From Longimicrobiales bacterium (lineage in GTDB: Bacteria > Gemmatimonadota > Gemmatimonadetes > Longimicrobiales > Gaopeijiaceae): a DNA stretch of 64,000 nucleotides. Location of the stretch: contig CAXXKM010000001.1 of assembly GCA_963664435.2 (NCBI GenBank), positions 704,001-768,000 on the forward strand, read 5' to 3'. Numbering within the stretch: the stretch's first letter is position 1; the number at the start of each line of letters is the position of its first letter. A program made the translations under genes and the position numbers. Of the stretch, positions 27,115 through 36,188 are shown in pieces. A model generated the notes under the pieces. It was not told the DNA's origin, made no database searches, and worked only from the letters and a program-made list of their open reading frames with translations.

Positions 27115-28124
27115 AGCGCGCGAGCGGCGTCGGCCACCTCACTCCGTTCCTTCCCGGCCTGGAGCGCCTGCTCGAAGACCCGCAGGTCTCCGAGATCATG
27201 ATCAACGGACCCGGCAACGTCTGGGTCGAGCGGGCCGGAAGGCTGGAGCCTCACGAGGCTCCCGCACTCACGTCAGCCTGGCTGCACCGCGCTGCCATCC
27301 ACATCGCGCGCCCCCTCGGGCTCGATCCCGCCGCGCGGCCGATCCTGGACGCGCGGCTCGAAGACGGCTCGCGGGTCGCCATCTGCACGCCGCCCGCATC
27401 TCCCGAGGTCGCGATCACCATACGCCGGTTCGGGGGCCGTGCGTTCTCGGCCGAGGACCTCGTGCGCCTGGGCTCGCTGCCCGAAGACCTCCTCGAAGCC
27501 GCCCGGAGCACGCTTGCGTCCCGCCAGAACATCCTGGTCTCCGGCGGCACGGGCTCGGGCAAGACCACGCTCCTGAACGCGCTGATCGAACTGCTGCCCC
27601 AAGACGAGCGGATCGTCGCCATCGAGGACACGCTCGAACTCAGGATCGACCGGGCGAACTGCCTCCGGTTTGAGGCCGGGGCCACGCTCTCGGAGACGCC
27701 CGTCGAGATCCGCGACCTGGTGCGGCACGCGCTCCGCCACCGGCCCGACCACATCGTCGTCGGCGAGGTCCGGGGCGGCGAGGCCGCCGATCTGCTGCAG
27801 GCGCTCAACACCGGACACGGCGGATCGCTCACCACCATCCACGCCAACAACGCGCGCTCCGCGCTCTCGCGGCTCGCGAGCTGCGCCATGCAGGCCGGCG
27901 ACGCGCTCCCCTGGGAGGTCACATGCCGGGGCGTCGTGGACGGGATCGCGCTCGTGCTGCACGTGGCCCGCCGCGGCGGTAGACGGTTCGTCGAGGACGC
28001 GCTCGTGGTCTGCGGCTACGACGCGCCCACGGGCCACTGGATCACTGCGCCGCCTGGAGCCGAGCCCGGGAAGCAACGGGAGAGCACCACCCACAGCCAC
28101 CCACCGAAGGAGGTGAAGGCATGA
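27111..28124 (+). CDS. virB11: VirB11/TrbB (CpaF-like) ATPase
   Basis: SGGTGSGKTT, IEDTLEL, RPDHIVVGEVRG, NTGHGG...TIHAN. Confidence 0.92.
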   Translation: MKRASGVGHLTPFLPGLERLLEDPQVSEIMINGPGNVWVERAGRLEPHEAPALTSAWLHRAAIHIARPLGLDPAARPILDARLEDGSRVAICTPPASPEVAITIRRFGGRAFSAEDLVRLGSLPEDLLEAARSTLASRQNILVSGGTGSGKTTLLNALIELLPQDERIVAIEDTLELRIDRANCLRFEAGATLSETPVEIRDLVRHALRHRPDHIVVGEVRGGEAADLLQALNTGHGGSLTTIHANNARSALSRLASCAMQAGDALPWEVTCRGVVDGIALVLHVARRGGRRFVEDALVVCGYDAPTGHWITAPPGAEPGKQRESTTHSHPPKEVKA

Positions 28125-28327
28125 CCTGGAACGGCGAAACCATCCCCATCGAGACGTTCGAGGACTTCGACCTCGAACTCGCCCGCGACGGCGGCGAGAC
28201 GCTCGAAGTCCGGGCCTACCTGGCCGAGGAGTACGGCCTCTTCCCCGAGGATGTCGGGACCGAGGACGAGATCGCGGCCGCCTGGGACGACCCGCACGGC
28301 GCCGCCGGGGAGGAGGACGAGCGATGA
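28121..28327 (+). CDS. Small acidic hypothetical protein
   Basis: AGGAGG RBS; overlaps both neighbouring ORFs. Confidence 0.55.
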   Translation: MTWNGETIPIETFEDFDLELARDGGETLEVRAYLAEEYGLFPEDVGTEDEIAAAWDDPHGAAGEEDER

Positions 28328-29361
28328 AACACGACGAGTATCACCGCAAGTTCGCCGACGCGATCATCGAGCAGATCAGGAAGGGCACCGCGCCCTGGCA
28401 GAAGCCGTGGGCGCCGGGCGAGCGCGTCATGCCCATGAACGTGGACACCGATCGCTCCTACCGGGGCGGCAACAGCCTGCACCTCGCCTCCGTCCAGCAG
28501 GAGCACGGCTACGGCGACGTGCGCTGGGGCACATACCGCCAGATCCAGGCGCGCGGCGGACAGGTCAGGAAGGGCGAGCGCGGCACCCGCATCCTCTCCT
28601 TCCAGGACAGGAAGCGCATCGCCGTCACCGACGAGCGCGGGCGGCCCCGGAGGGACGCGGAGGGCAAGCGCGTCTACCGCTACGAAAAGCTCAAGGCGCC
28701 GTTCGTGCGCCAGTACACGGTGTTCAACGCCGAGCAGGCGGACGGGCTGCCCGAGCGTGCGAATCCGACGCCCGAGCCGCTCTGGAAGGCGCACCAGGCG
28801 GCCGAGAAGGTCATGGAGGACGGAGGGGTTCCGGTCCGCCACGTCGCCGGCGACCGCGCCTACTACCACAAGAAGCGCGACGAGATCGTGCTGCCCGAGC
28901 GCGGCCAGTTCCCGTCGGCCAACCACTACTACCAGACCGCGCTCCACGAGCTGGGCCACAGCACCGGCCACGAGGACCGGATGAAGCGCGAAACGCTCAT
29001 CGAAGGGATCAAGAACGGGTTCGGCTCGCCCGCCTACGCGAGGGAGGAGCTGAGGGCCGAGATCAGCGCCATGATGACCGGCGAGCGCGTCGGCGTCGGA
29101 CACGACCCGGCGCGAGGCGCCGCCTACGTCGAGGGCTGGATCCAGGCGCTCGAGGAGGACCCGCGAGAGATCCGGCGCGCCGCCGCGGACGCGCAGAGAA
29201 TCTCCGACTACGTGCTCGTGCGCCACATCGAGCGCGAGACCACACGCGAACCCATGGCTGCGGCCGCGACCCGCGTGCCCGGACCGGAGGGACCCCAGCG
29301 GATCCAGGTGCCCGTGCCGCAGCTACCGACGCCCGCGAGGAGCGCCGGGCCGAGTCGCTGA
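28324..29361 (+). CDS. ardC: ArdC-like antirestriction/ssDNA-binding protein with zincin domain
   Basis: APWQKPW, YRGGN, WGTYRQ...QVRKGE, VFNAEQ, HELGHSTG, YAREELRAE. Confidence 0.9.
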   Translation: MKHDEYHRKFADAIIEQIRKGTAPWQKPWAPGERVMPMNVDTDRSYRGGNSLHLASVQQEHGYGDVRWGTYRQIQARGGQVRKGERGTRILSFQDRKRIAVTDERGRPRRDAEGKRVYRYEKLKAPFVRQYTVFNAEQADGLPERANPTPEPLWKAHQAAEKVMEDGGVPVRHVAGDRAYYHKKRDEIVLPERGQFPSANHYYQTALHELGHSTGHEDRMKRETLIEGIKNGFGSPAYAREELRAEISAMMTGERVGVGHDPARGAAYVEGWIQALEEDPREIRRAAADAQRISDYVLVRHIERETTREPMAAAATRVPGPEGPQRIQVPVPQLPTPARSAGPSR

Positions 29362-29368
29362 AGGACCG

Positions 29369-30271
29369 ATGAGAGGGAGAGGAATGTTCGACCGCGAGGT
29401 CGAACCGGACCCGCGCCCCGCCGCGCCACCCAGCCGCAATCGCTTGCCGATGCGGGACGGCCACCGCCGAGAATACGCTGCGGACCGGGAGCGCGGGTCC
29501 ATCTCCTTCCCCGAACGTTGCGCCGAAGCGCTGGCCGACATCGGCGTCCACGGCGCCGTATCGTTCCGCGACCTCGCCGAGGCGCGCTTCGGCGGCCATC
29601 CCTACACCACGCGGCGGGCCGTCGACACGTGGGTCCGGGACGGGCTCGTCCGAGAGACCACCGTCACCGGCCCGAACGGCAACCCGTTCAAGATCCTCAC
29701 CCTCACCCCGGCCGGCGTCGCCGACGCCCGGAAGCTCGCCGCCGAGCGGGGGATGGACCCGGAACAGCGGATCGACATCCCCCGAATCCGGGACGCCCAG
29801 GCCGGCCACGACACCGCCGTCTACCGCGCTTGCGCTGCGGAACGGGAGCGGCTCCGCAGGCGGGGCGCCACGGTGCGCCGCCTGCGGCTCGACGCCGAAC
29901 TCAAGAGCGCAGTCGCGCGAGCGAGCGAGGCGGAACGGGCGCGGAACGGCAAGCGCGCCGCCGATGCCGAGCGGCAACGCACTGCCGAAGAACTCGGGCT
30001 GCCTCTCGACGAGGCCGGCCAGGTGCTCTACCCAGACGCGCAGATCGAGTACGAGGACGCCGAGGGACGCACCGGACGCATCAACGTCGAGGTCGCGTCC
30101 GGCAACTACCGCGAACCGGCGCTGACCGCCAAGGCTGCCGCCGGGTTCGCGATGCACGCCAGCGGCCCGGCCGCCGCGGGCATGCTCCGAAAGCTCGGCT
30201 TGGGCCGGGGCGACGACGGCGCCCGGACCGGGGGACGCGCCGACCGCGATACGGCTTCCGTCGAACTCTGA
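29369..30271 (+). CDS. Winged-helix plus PD-(D/E)xK protein, candidate Replic_Relax/MOB_C-like relaxase
   Basis: LTLTPAG (wHTH wing), GHDTAV, YPDAQIEY...INVEV. Confidence 0.5.
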   Translation: MRGRGMFDREVEPDPRPAAPPSRNRLPMRDGHRREYAADRERGSISFPERCAEALADIGVHGAVSFRDLAEARFGGHPYTTRRAVDTWVRDGLVRETTVTGPNGNPFKILTLTPAGVADARKLAAERGMDPEQRIDIPRIRDAQAGHDTAVYRACAAERERLRRRGATVRRLRLDAELKSAVARASEAERARNGKRAADAERQRTAEELGLPLDEAGQVLYPDAQIEYEDAEGRTGRINVEVASGNYREPALTAKAAAGFAMHASGPAAAGMLRKLGLGRGDDGARTGGRADRDTASVEL

Positions 30272-30291
30272 CCGTACGGGAGGAACCCGCC

Positions 30292-30606
30292 ATGCAACCT
30301 TGGAAGATCAGCGCGGGACTGAGCGCCGCGCTCGTGGGATCCGTCCTGCTCCTCGGTGGATCCCGCCTCGAATACCTCGCGCCCCACTGGTCGCTCATCT
30401 TCGCCCGGCATGGCGTCGGCGTCGGCCTGCACGCGGCGTTCGCCGTCTTCACCCTCGCCGCCGCCATCTACGGCGTCGCCCGAGCCACCGGGCTCGCCGA
30501 TCTCGGCAGCCGCGTCGATCTCGCCGAGCGGTCCGTCCGGCGCGGTGAAGGGGATCATGACCTCGCCGATGCGCTCCGCAGGGACGCCGAAGGAGACTGG
30601 GAGTGA
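30292..30606 (+). CDS. Small membrane protein
   Basis: GGAGG RBS; two hydrophobic helices. Confidence 0.55.
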   Translation: MQPWKISAGLSAALVGSVLLLGGSRLEYLAPHWSLIFARHGVGVGLHAAFAVFTLAAAIYGVARATGLADLGSRVDLAERSVRRGEGDHDLADALRRDAEGDWE

Positions 30607-31001
30607 CGCGCATGAAGGATCGACCGACCGTCGAGGGCCTGCCCGCCAACTGGCGCAGACAAGCCAAGTCGCTCCGCCGTTACGGCGGCGAGACCCCGGC
30701 CACCGCGATCGAACGCTGCGCCGACGACCTCGAAGCCACCCTCGTCGAGCGCGACGAGACCACGTTCTCGCTCGTCGAGGCTTCGCGGGAGAGCGGATAC
30801 TCCGCCGACCACCTCGGACGGCTCGTCCGCGACGGCAGGATCCCCAACGCCGGACGGCCCGGCGCGCCCAGGATCGCCCTCAAGGACCTGCCCCGGAAGG
30901 CGCATGTCCCCGCCGATCCGCGACTAGCGGAGAAGCCTCGCCGTAGCCAAGTTTCAAACGCGCAGATCGTGCAGTCCATCATCGAAAAAGGAATCGAATG
31001 A
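30603..31001 (+). CDS. HTH excisionase-like protein
   Basis: FSLVEASRESGYSADHLGRLVRDGRIP; directly upstream of the integrase. Confidence 0.6.
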   Translation: MTRMKDRPTVEGLPANWRRQAKSLRRYGGETPATAIERCADDLEATLVERDETTFSLVEASRESGYSADHLGRLVRDGRIPNAGRPGAPRIALKDLPRKAHVPADPRLAEKPRRSQVSNAQIVQSIIEKGIE

Positions 31002-32161
31002 TGGCACGCACGAAACGTAGCCGGCGCGCGTACAGCGCCGGAGAATGGGGCCGGAACCGGGTGAGGGTGTTTCCCGATCCCAAGACCGGCCTGTACCAGA
31101 TCGAGTGGCGCGAGAACGGGCGCAGGCTCACAAGGTCGCTCAAACACCGCGACTGGGCTCGCGCGAAACGGCAGGCGGACGAGTTCGCCGCCGGGTTCGC
31201 CAAGCCGGAGCCGAACGGCAAGCAGGAAGCCAAGCCCGAGCCGCTCACGCTGGAGCGGCTTTTTGACATCTACACGGAAGAGGTGACGCCCACCAAGGGC
31301 GAGGGGACACGGCGGCGCGACCGGGTCGCGACCGCGATGTTCCTCCGTTTCTTCGGCAGGGACCGAAGGCCCGAAACCCTGTCCCAGCGCGATTGGGACC
31401 GGTTCATTCAAGCGCGGCGCGCGGGCAGGGCCGGTGCCTCGGGCAAGCCCGTGGGCAATCGGACGATCGAATGGGATCTGACGTTCCTGCTCGCGGTCCT
31501 CAACTGGGCCGAGAGGTCGAAGGACGAGGAGGGAAGGCGGCTCCTCGATAGGAACCCGCTCAAGGGCTTGAGGAAGCCCAAGGAAAAGAACCCTACGCGG
31601 GTTGTGCTTTCCGAGGAGGAATACCAAGCGCTACTCCGAGTTTCTCGGAAAGTCGGCTGGCGATTCCACGTCGCGCTCGTGCTCGCGCATGAAACCGGGC
31701 ACAGGATCGGAGCCATCCGCAAGCTCCGGTGGTCGGACATAGACCTCGACGGCGGAGTTATCCGGTGGCGCGCGGAGCATGAAAAGACCGAATACGAGCA
31801 CCGGACGCCGGCGACGGCCGAGGCGATTGCCGCCTTGGAAGAAGCGCAAAGGTATGGCAATGGCACTGGAGACCCGCCAGTGCTTCCCGCGCCGAGGGAT
31901 CCGTCGAGGTGCTTGTGCCATATGTCGGCCCACCGCATGTGGGGCAGGGCGGAGACGCTCGCAGGGCTGGAGCCGAAACACCGCCGAGGCTGGCACTCGC
32001 TGAGGCGCAAGTTCGCCTCCGACCTCATGGACCAGCCGCTGAAGGTGCTCTGTGAACTCGGCGGATGGAAGGAGGCCCGGACGGTCCTCACCTGCTATCA
32101 GCGGGCCGACGAGGGACAGCTTAGGAAAGCCCTGGCAGACCGCCGCAGGGTTCGCCCCTGA
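30998..32161 (+). CDS. Tyrosine integrase of the ICE
   Basis: ETGHRIGAI (R), EHEKT (K), WHSLRR (HxxR), GGW, CY. Confidence 0.9.
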   Translation: MMARTKRSRRAYSAGEWGRNRVRVFPDPKTGLYQIEWRENGRRLTRSLKHRDWARAKRQADEFAAGFAKPEPNGKQEAKPEPLTLERLFDIYTEEVTPTKGEGTRRRDRVATAMFLRFFGRDRRPETLSQRDWDRFIQARRAGRAGASGKPVGNRTIEWDLTFLLAVLNWAERSKDEEGRRLLDRNPLKGLRKPKEKNPTRVVLSEEEYQALLRVSRKVGWRFHVALVLAHETGHRIGAIRKLRWSDIDLDGGVIRWRAEHEKTEYEHRTPATAEAIAALEEAQRYGNGTGDPPVLPAPRDPSRCLCHMSAHRMWGRAETLAGLEPKHRRGWHSLRRKFASDLMDQPLKVLCELGGWKEARTVLTCYQRADEGQLRKALADRRRVRP

Positions 32162-32166
32162 AATCC

Positions 32167-32250
32167 CAATCAGCGGGAGTCAATCGGCGGGAATACGGTC
32201 GGCAATCGCTGCTAAGTACAACCGCTACAATCGGATGCCTTCCCGCCGGT
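32167..32250. repeat. Tandem CAATC(A/G)GCGGGA repeats, candidate integrase arm sites near att
   Basis: 32167-32178 and 32181-32192, plus inverted TCCCGCCG at about 32241. Confidence 0.5.
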
Positions 32251-32362
32251 ATTTGCTTACCGTACTTGTACATACGATACCAACCCGTTCGAGTACCGGA
32301 CACTCGTGGCCTGACGCACACGAAGACATCTACTACACCGCGATCCATACCGAAAGCTGACA

Positions 32363-32890
32363 TCACCCGTCACCTTCTTGGACAGGATAGAGGCGACGTG
32401 CCCTTTCCAATTGGCCACGTGCAGCCCTGTGGCCAACCTCTTCTAGGAACATCTCCCAAGGCCCCTCCTCGCTTCCGATTTCATCCCGGTCAGGTGTTGA
32501 GATACCGATCTCGTTGAGATGGTAGGCGAGGGCCCGGATTTCCTGGCGGTGGTGTGGGTTGCTGGCAAGCCGGGAGAGCCGGTAGAGGTCTTGGGTCATC
32601 GCAGAAAAGGTTGCGACTTCCTTAGCCTTCTTCTGCCTAGCCGGTAGCCGTTCTCGCAACCCCCAAATGGTACCTGCCAACCAAACCGATCCTCCTGCCG
32701 CTCCACCAAGGGCAATGACCGGCAACAGCGCCTCTATGACAGGCCACATAGCCTTCAGCACGGACATGGCTCCGGCGAAATCCACCAGCAAGCCGAAGAA
32801 CGTAGCGACAACTGCGACCGGCAACCACAACTGGCGCCAGGCTTCACGTTTCGGTTCCATTCGGTACATGGTATCGTCCCGTCCGGCCAC
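32363..32890 (-). CDS. Hypothetical membrane protein
   Basis: Two N-terminal hydrophobic segments. Confidence 0.5.
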   Translation of the reverse strand: MAGRDDTMYRMEPKREAWRQLWLPVAVVATFFGLLVDFAGAMSVLKAMWPVIEALLPVIALGGAAGGSVWLAGTIWGLRERLPARQKKAKEVATFSAMTQDLYRLSRLASNPHHRQEIRALAYHLNEIGISTPDRDEIGSEEGPWEMFLEEVGHRAARGQLERARRLYPVQEGDG

Positions 32891-33148
32891 GTGACACCCC
32901 CGGTCAGGTCGGCCGGCGCCGCGTGCTGACGGTTACGACCTCGGCGACGTCCGATTCTGGAACGATCGGTGCCGGCGCGGTAGGGAGCGCTACGGAACCA
33001 CCTCCGGCGGTTCCAGTCCCCGTTTCTGCCGCTGCCCCTTTTGGCGCGGCGGCCGCCGCCTTTCCAGGTCTGTCCAGAGCCTATCCGCGGATCGGAACCA
33101 ACTCGTCCTCCAAAACCCTACCCGATTCCTCACCCAACAACCGTAGCG

Positions 33149-34567
33149 CTAGGGCTCAAATCTGGTTTCCTCGGCCTCCACCACTGGGAAGGGAAAGCGA
33201 TCTCCCGTCCCCAGGTGCTCGCAATACAGGCACTCTGCAGTACATCCGGAACTCACATCGCTGTCCATCATCCCGGTTGCAAAGTGATGGGTCTGGACTC
33301 CCGGATTACCAATCCCGACAGGTTGCACGACCATGCTCAGACTCTGGCATATCATCATCCCGCTCGCAGACAGCGCGAACCCGAACACGTTCTCATTTCT
33401 TCGCAGCAAATGGTCATCGGGAAGCCGCTCGATGTACGTCGGATCGTCAAGCAAACCTTGCCTCTCAAGCGTGACGTTCGCCGGGTCGAACTGGGCGAGG
33501 CATTCCAAACATGCCCTTCCCGGCATCGCGACGTGTGCGCCCCATTCGGCCCCTCGCATCGACCCGTCCGGCTTGACGCGGACGTGCACCCCTCCGTCTA
33601 CGACCGGAATGTGGTGCGCGAATGCTACCATGTTGAGCACTTGCCTCGGCCAGGGCCGATCCACACAACTGAACAGTACGTCGCAATCCAGCGCCGCCCT
33701 CAAGCCGCTCTCCCTGGTCACCGGCTTCCTTCTCCGTCTCACGTCGACATCGTCGGCGGTCGCATGCTTGGACAGGTGCTCGCCCGCCACGTCCACCTTG
33801 AACCGACCAATGTCGTCCACGCTGGCGTGAAGAAGCCGATCCAGGTTGTGCTCCTTCACCGTGTCGAAGTCAATCAGGCTGATGGTCTCGACACCCATTC
33901 GCGCCAGGCTCTCCGCGACGATCGCGCCCACGCTTCCGACCCCGACAACGCCGCAATGGAGCCGGGCGAGCGTGTGCTGCTTCTTCTCGCCCCAAGCCGA
34001 ATAGGTCCTCTTCAGCACTTCCTTGAACCTCGGCTTCGGTGCTAGCTCGTCCATGAACGTCACGTCGAAATCATCCCCGACTACGCGAACGCTGCCACAC
34101 CACCGGCGTTCGTACTTCCGCCGCCCAACCCGGGTCCAGAAACGCCCGCTCAACGCCCCATCAGTTCCCATGGTCAGGCCCACGAGCGGCAGGCCCGTCT
34201 CCCCGAGTATCGAAGGCGCCGTGCTTCGCTCCGTGTCCACGTCCTCCCCACTCATCCCCTGCCACCCCGGCGTGAAATGACTGTGTAGCAGTGCGATGCC
34301 GGCGTTCCTCGACATCGCAGCCTCCGCCACCCGGTCCAGATAATTCGGCAGAAAGCTCGCGCCTCCATGCAGGCGCCTTTCGTTCGCGACGGGAAGAACA
34401 ACCTCCGTCAATACTGCGGTCGTCCGCGTCTCGCCGGTGCTCGGCTTCCACAGGACGAAACAGAGGTCCTCCTGCCGCTGCCCCTTCTTGATATGTTGCA
34501 GAAGGTGTCTTCTTAATGCAGCGGCGACTTCGGACGTCATCACCACGCTGTAGTCGACCGAGCTCAT
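33149..34567 (-). CDS. JAB-like domain + E1/ThiF fusion (BubCD-like)
   Basis: N-terminal LHSH...MSGED; GVGSVG, DFDTVKEHNLDRL, CVDRPWPR, CLEC; ATGA overlap with the E2 stop. Confidence 0.88.
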   Translation of the reverse strand: MSSVDYSVVMTSEVAAALRRHLLQHIKKGQRQEDLCFVLWKPSTGETRTTAVLTEVVLPVANERRLHGGASFLPNYLDRVAEAAMSRNAGIALLHSHFTPGWQGMSGEDVDTERSTAPSILGETGLPLVGLTMGTDGALSGRFWTRVGRRKYERRWCGSVRVVGDDFDVTFMDELAPKPRFKEVLKRTYSAWGEKKQHTLARLHCGVVGVGSVGAIVAESLARMGVETISLIDFDTVKEHNLDRLLHASVDDIGRFKVDVAGEHLSKHATADDVDVRRRRKPVTRESGLRAALDCDVLFSCVDRPWPRQVLNMVAFAHHIPVVDGGVHVRVKPDGSMRGAEWGAHVAMPGRACLECLAQFDPANVTLERQGLLDDPTYIERLPDDHLLRRNENVFGFALSASGMMICQSLSMVVQPVGIGNPGVQTHHFATGMMDSDVSSGCTAECLYCEHLGTGDRFPFPVVEAEETRFEP

Positions 34568-34956
34568 TGGCTCTCCCAGAGTCCCCGGACGTGCTCCATG
34601 TACCGCATCGCGTTTCTTGCGCCCGACGCCCAGTTGGGATGAGGTCTGCTCCAATACTGCCAGCCGTCTCCGAAATGCTTGCTGTGCCGTGTGCTCGAGT
34701 GAATGTGGCCGTGAGGGTGTGGACCGTCCGAGCGGTTTGCGTGGATCAGCTTGTGAACATGTGGACCGGATGGCGGCGACAGTGGAAAATCAGACGGTAC
34801 GACGATCCCGATGTCCACCTTCAGCCCCTCGTACTTGCCGTCAGACACACGGTACCTTGGGATCATGACGTGCTCGTCGCCCAACTCCTCGACCTCCATT
34901 TCGGCTACCCGCAACTGCTGGGCGAAAAGGGCTCCTCCGACGAGTATCTGGTTCAT
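34564..34956 (-). CDS. Prokaryotic E2/UBC-like protein lacking cysteine (BubB-like)
   Basis: SDFPLSPPSGPH...WQYWSRPHPNW; no Cys in 130 aa. Confidence 0.78.
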   Translation of the reverse strand: MNQILVGGALFAQQLRVAEMEVEELGDEHVMIPRYRVSDGKYEGLKVDIGIVVPSDFPLSPPSGPHVHKLIHANRSDGPHPHGHIHSSTRHSKHFGDGWQYWSRPHPNWASGARNAMRYMEHVRGLWESQ

Positions 34957-34959
34957 CAG

Positions 34960-35571
34960 CTATCCGTCGAGTTGGGAAACGCCCTTTGGCCCGGTGTAGT
35001 GGCCAACAAACGCCGCTCCCTCGTACAGGAAGAGCAACTCCTCACCCTTCTCGTACCTGATCCTCTCGCCGTCCTTGATCTGGACCAGGTAGTTGCTGTC
35101 AGGATCGAGACCACCCAGGCGGAGAATGGCGTTCGCCGACATCGGGTTTTCTGGCGCTTCATGTGGCTCGTGGTCGACCGTAATGGCGATGGGTGGCTCC
35201 CAGACGATCTCCACGCCGTCGAGGCACTTCTTGACCAGTGCCATCGCCTCCGCTGCCGCCTTGGGCGGCTCGCCCCCACCGTCCAGTTTCAGGAGAAACT
35301 GGAACGAGGTCACCGTCACGGGTGTGAAGCGGACCGCCCAGCCTCCCCGCGCCTTCTCGAACACCCAGGCCGCCTCATCCGGCTGCACCTTGTTGTCCTC
35401 CAACACCGGCGCCCCCGGCCCATCGGACTTCAAGCTCTCCGCCACCGACATCACCTCGTCCGTGCTCACGCCCTCCTGGCTTCGCAGCAGCGGGCCCATC
35501 TCGCCCAGCAGTTCGACGCCCCAGCAACGCTCCCCGGCTTCCGACACTCTTCCTATCTTCAACAACGACAT
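34960..35571 (-). CDS. Ubiquitin-like (multi-ubiquitin family) protein with extra N-terminal domain
   Basis: C-terminal ITVDHEPHEAPENPMSANAILRLGGLDPDSNYLVQI...FVGHYTGP, ending in Gly; first gene of the E2/E1 operon. Confidence 0.75.
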   Translation of the reverse strand: MSLLKIGRVSEAGERCWGVELLGEMGPLLRSQEGVSTDEVMSVAESLKSDGPGAPVLEDNKVQPDEAAWVFEKARGGWAVRFTPVTVTSFQFLLKLDGGGEPPKAAAEAMALVKKCLDGVEIVWEPPIAITVDHEPHEAPENPMSANAILRLGGLDPDSNYLVQIKDGERIRYEKGEELLFLYEGAAFVGHYTGPKGVSQLDG

Positions 35572-35837
35572 CAGTCACCTCCTCCGTTGGTCACGTTTGG
35601 CCCGAGGCTTAGCGCCCTCGGGGCCACATCAAGGCTCTCGCGGCACGCTCGGGCTTCCTTCCACCTCGTTGGCGTGTCGTTCCCCTCGGCCGCGCCTGCT
35701 AATGTCTATTAGCGTGCTTGTGATGTCAAGCGCCCACCGAGCATGCTTGATCTCCTCGAGGTTCGGAGCTAGACTGAAGCTTGGGAAGCGCAGTCGAGGA
35801 AGACGTGCTTGGTGCCCCTGTCTCGGAGGGATGCAGC

Positions 35838-36185
35838 GTGACGCCCACACTCGGACAGTATCTTGCTTCCATCCGTGCAGACCGGAAGATGACCCTGCGT
35901 GAAGTAGAGGAGGCCACCGACAAAGGAGTCTCGAACGCCTACCTCAGCCAAATCGAGAATGGCAAGATTCGTAAGCCCTCACCCAATATCCTTCATTCAC
36001 TGGCCGAGATCTACGCGATCAGCTTCGAGAATCTGATGGCCAAGGCTGGCTATCTCATGCCATCCTCACGCCGCTCGGACGCTGAGCGCCACGGTCGCGT
36101 GGCGACGTTCGCCGAGTACAACTTGACGGAGGAGGAGGAATCGGAGTTGCTACGATTCCTCCAATTCATCCGCAGCAAATCGTGA
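35838..36185 (+). CDS. XRE-family HTH regulator (CapH-like)
   Basis: LGQYLASIR...TLREVE...SNAYLSQIENG...PSPNILHSLA; GGAGG before GTG 35838. Confidence 0.9.
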   Translation: MTPTLGQYLASIRADRKMTLREVEEATDKGVSNAYLSQIENGKIRKPSPNILHSLAEIYAISFENLMAKAGYLMPSSRRSDAERHGRVATFAEYNLTEEEESELLRFLQFIRSKS

Positions 36186-36188
36186 CCC

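Larger units (their letters stand above)
11226..32200 (+). mobile_element. Integrative conjugative element (VirB/Trb-type T4SS, coupling protein, ArdC, excisionase-like protein, integrase); boundaries approximate
   Basis: Co-oriented, translationally coupled, very GC-rich gene train from the AlpA regulator to the tyrosine integrase. Confidence 0.85.

Noticed and set aside
13110..28124. Very long alternative-frame ORFs (e.g. 13110-14960 minus, 24996-28124 upstream part, 22324-23181, 23223-23846)
   Set aside because: Shadow ORFs of GC-rich coding DNA; only the C-terminal parts matching VirB8, VirB11 and the 23847 ORF were kept, with corrected starts
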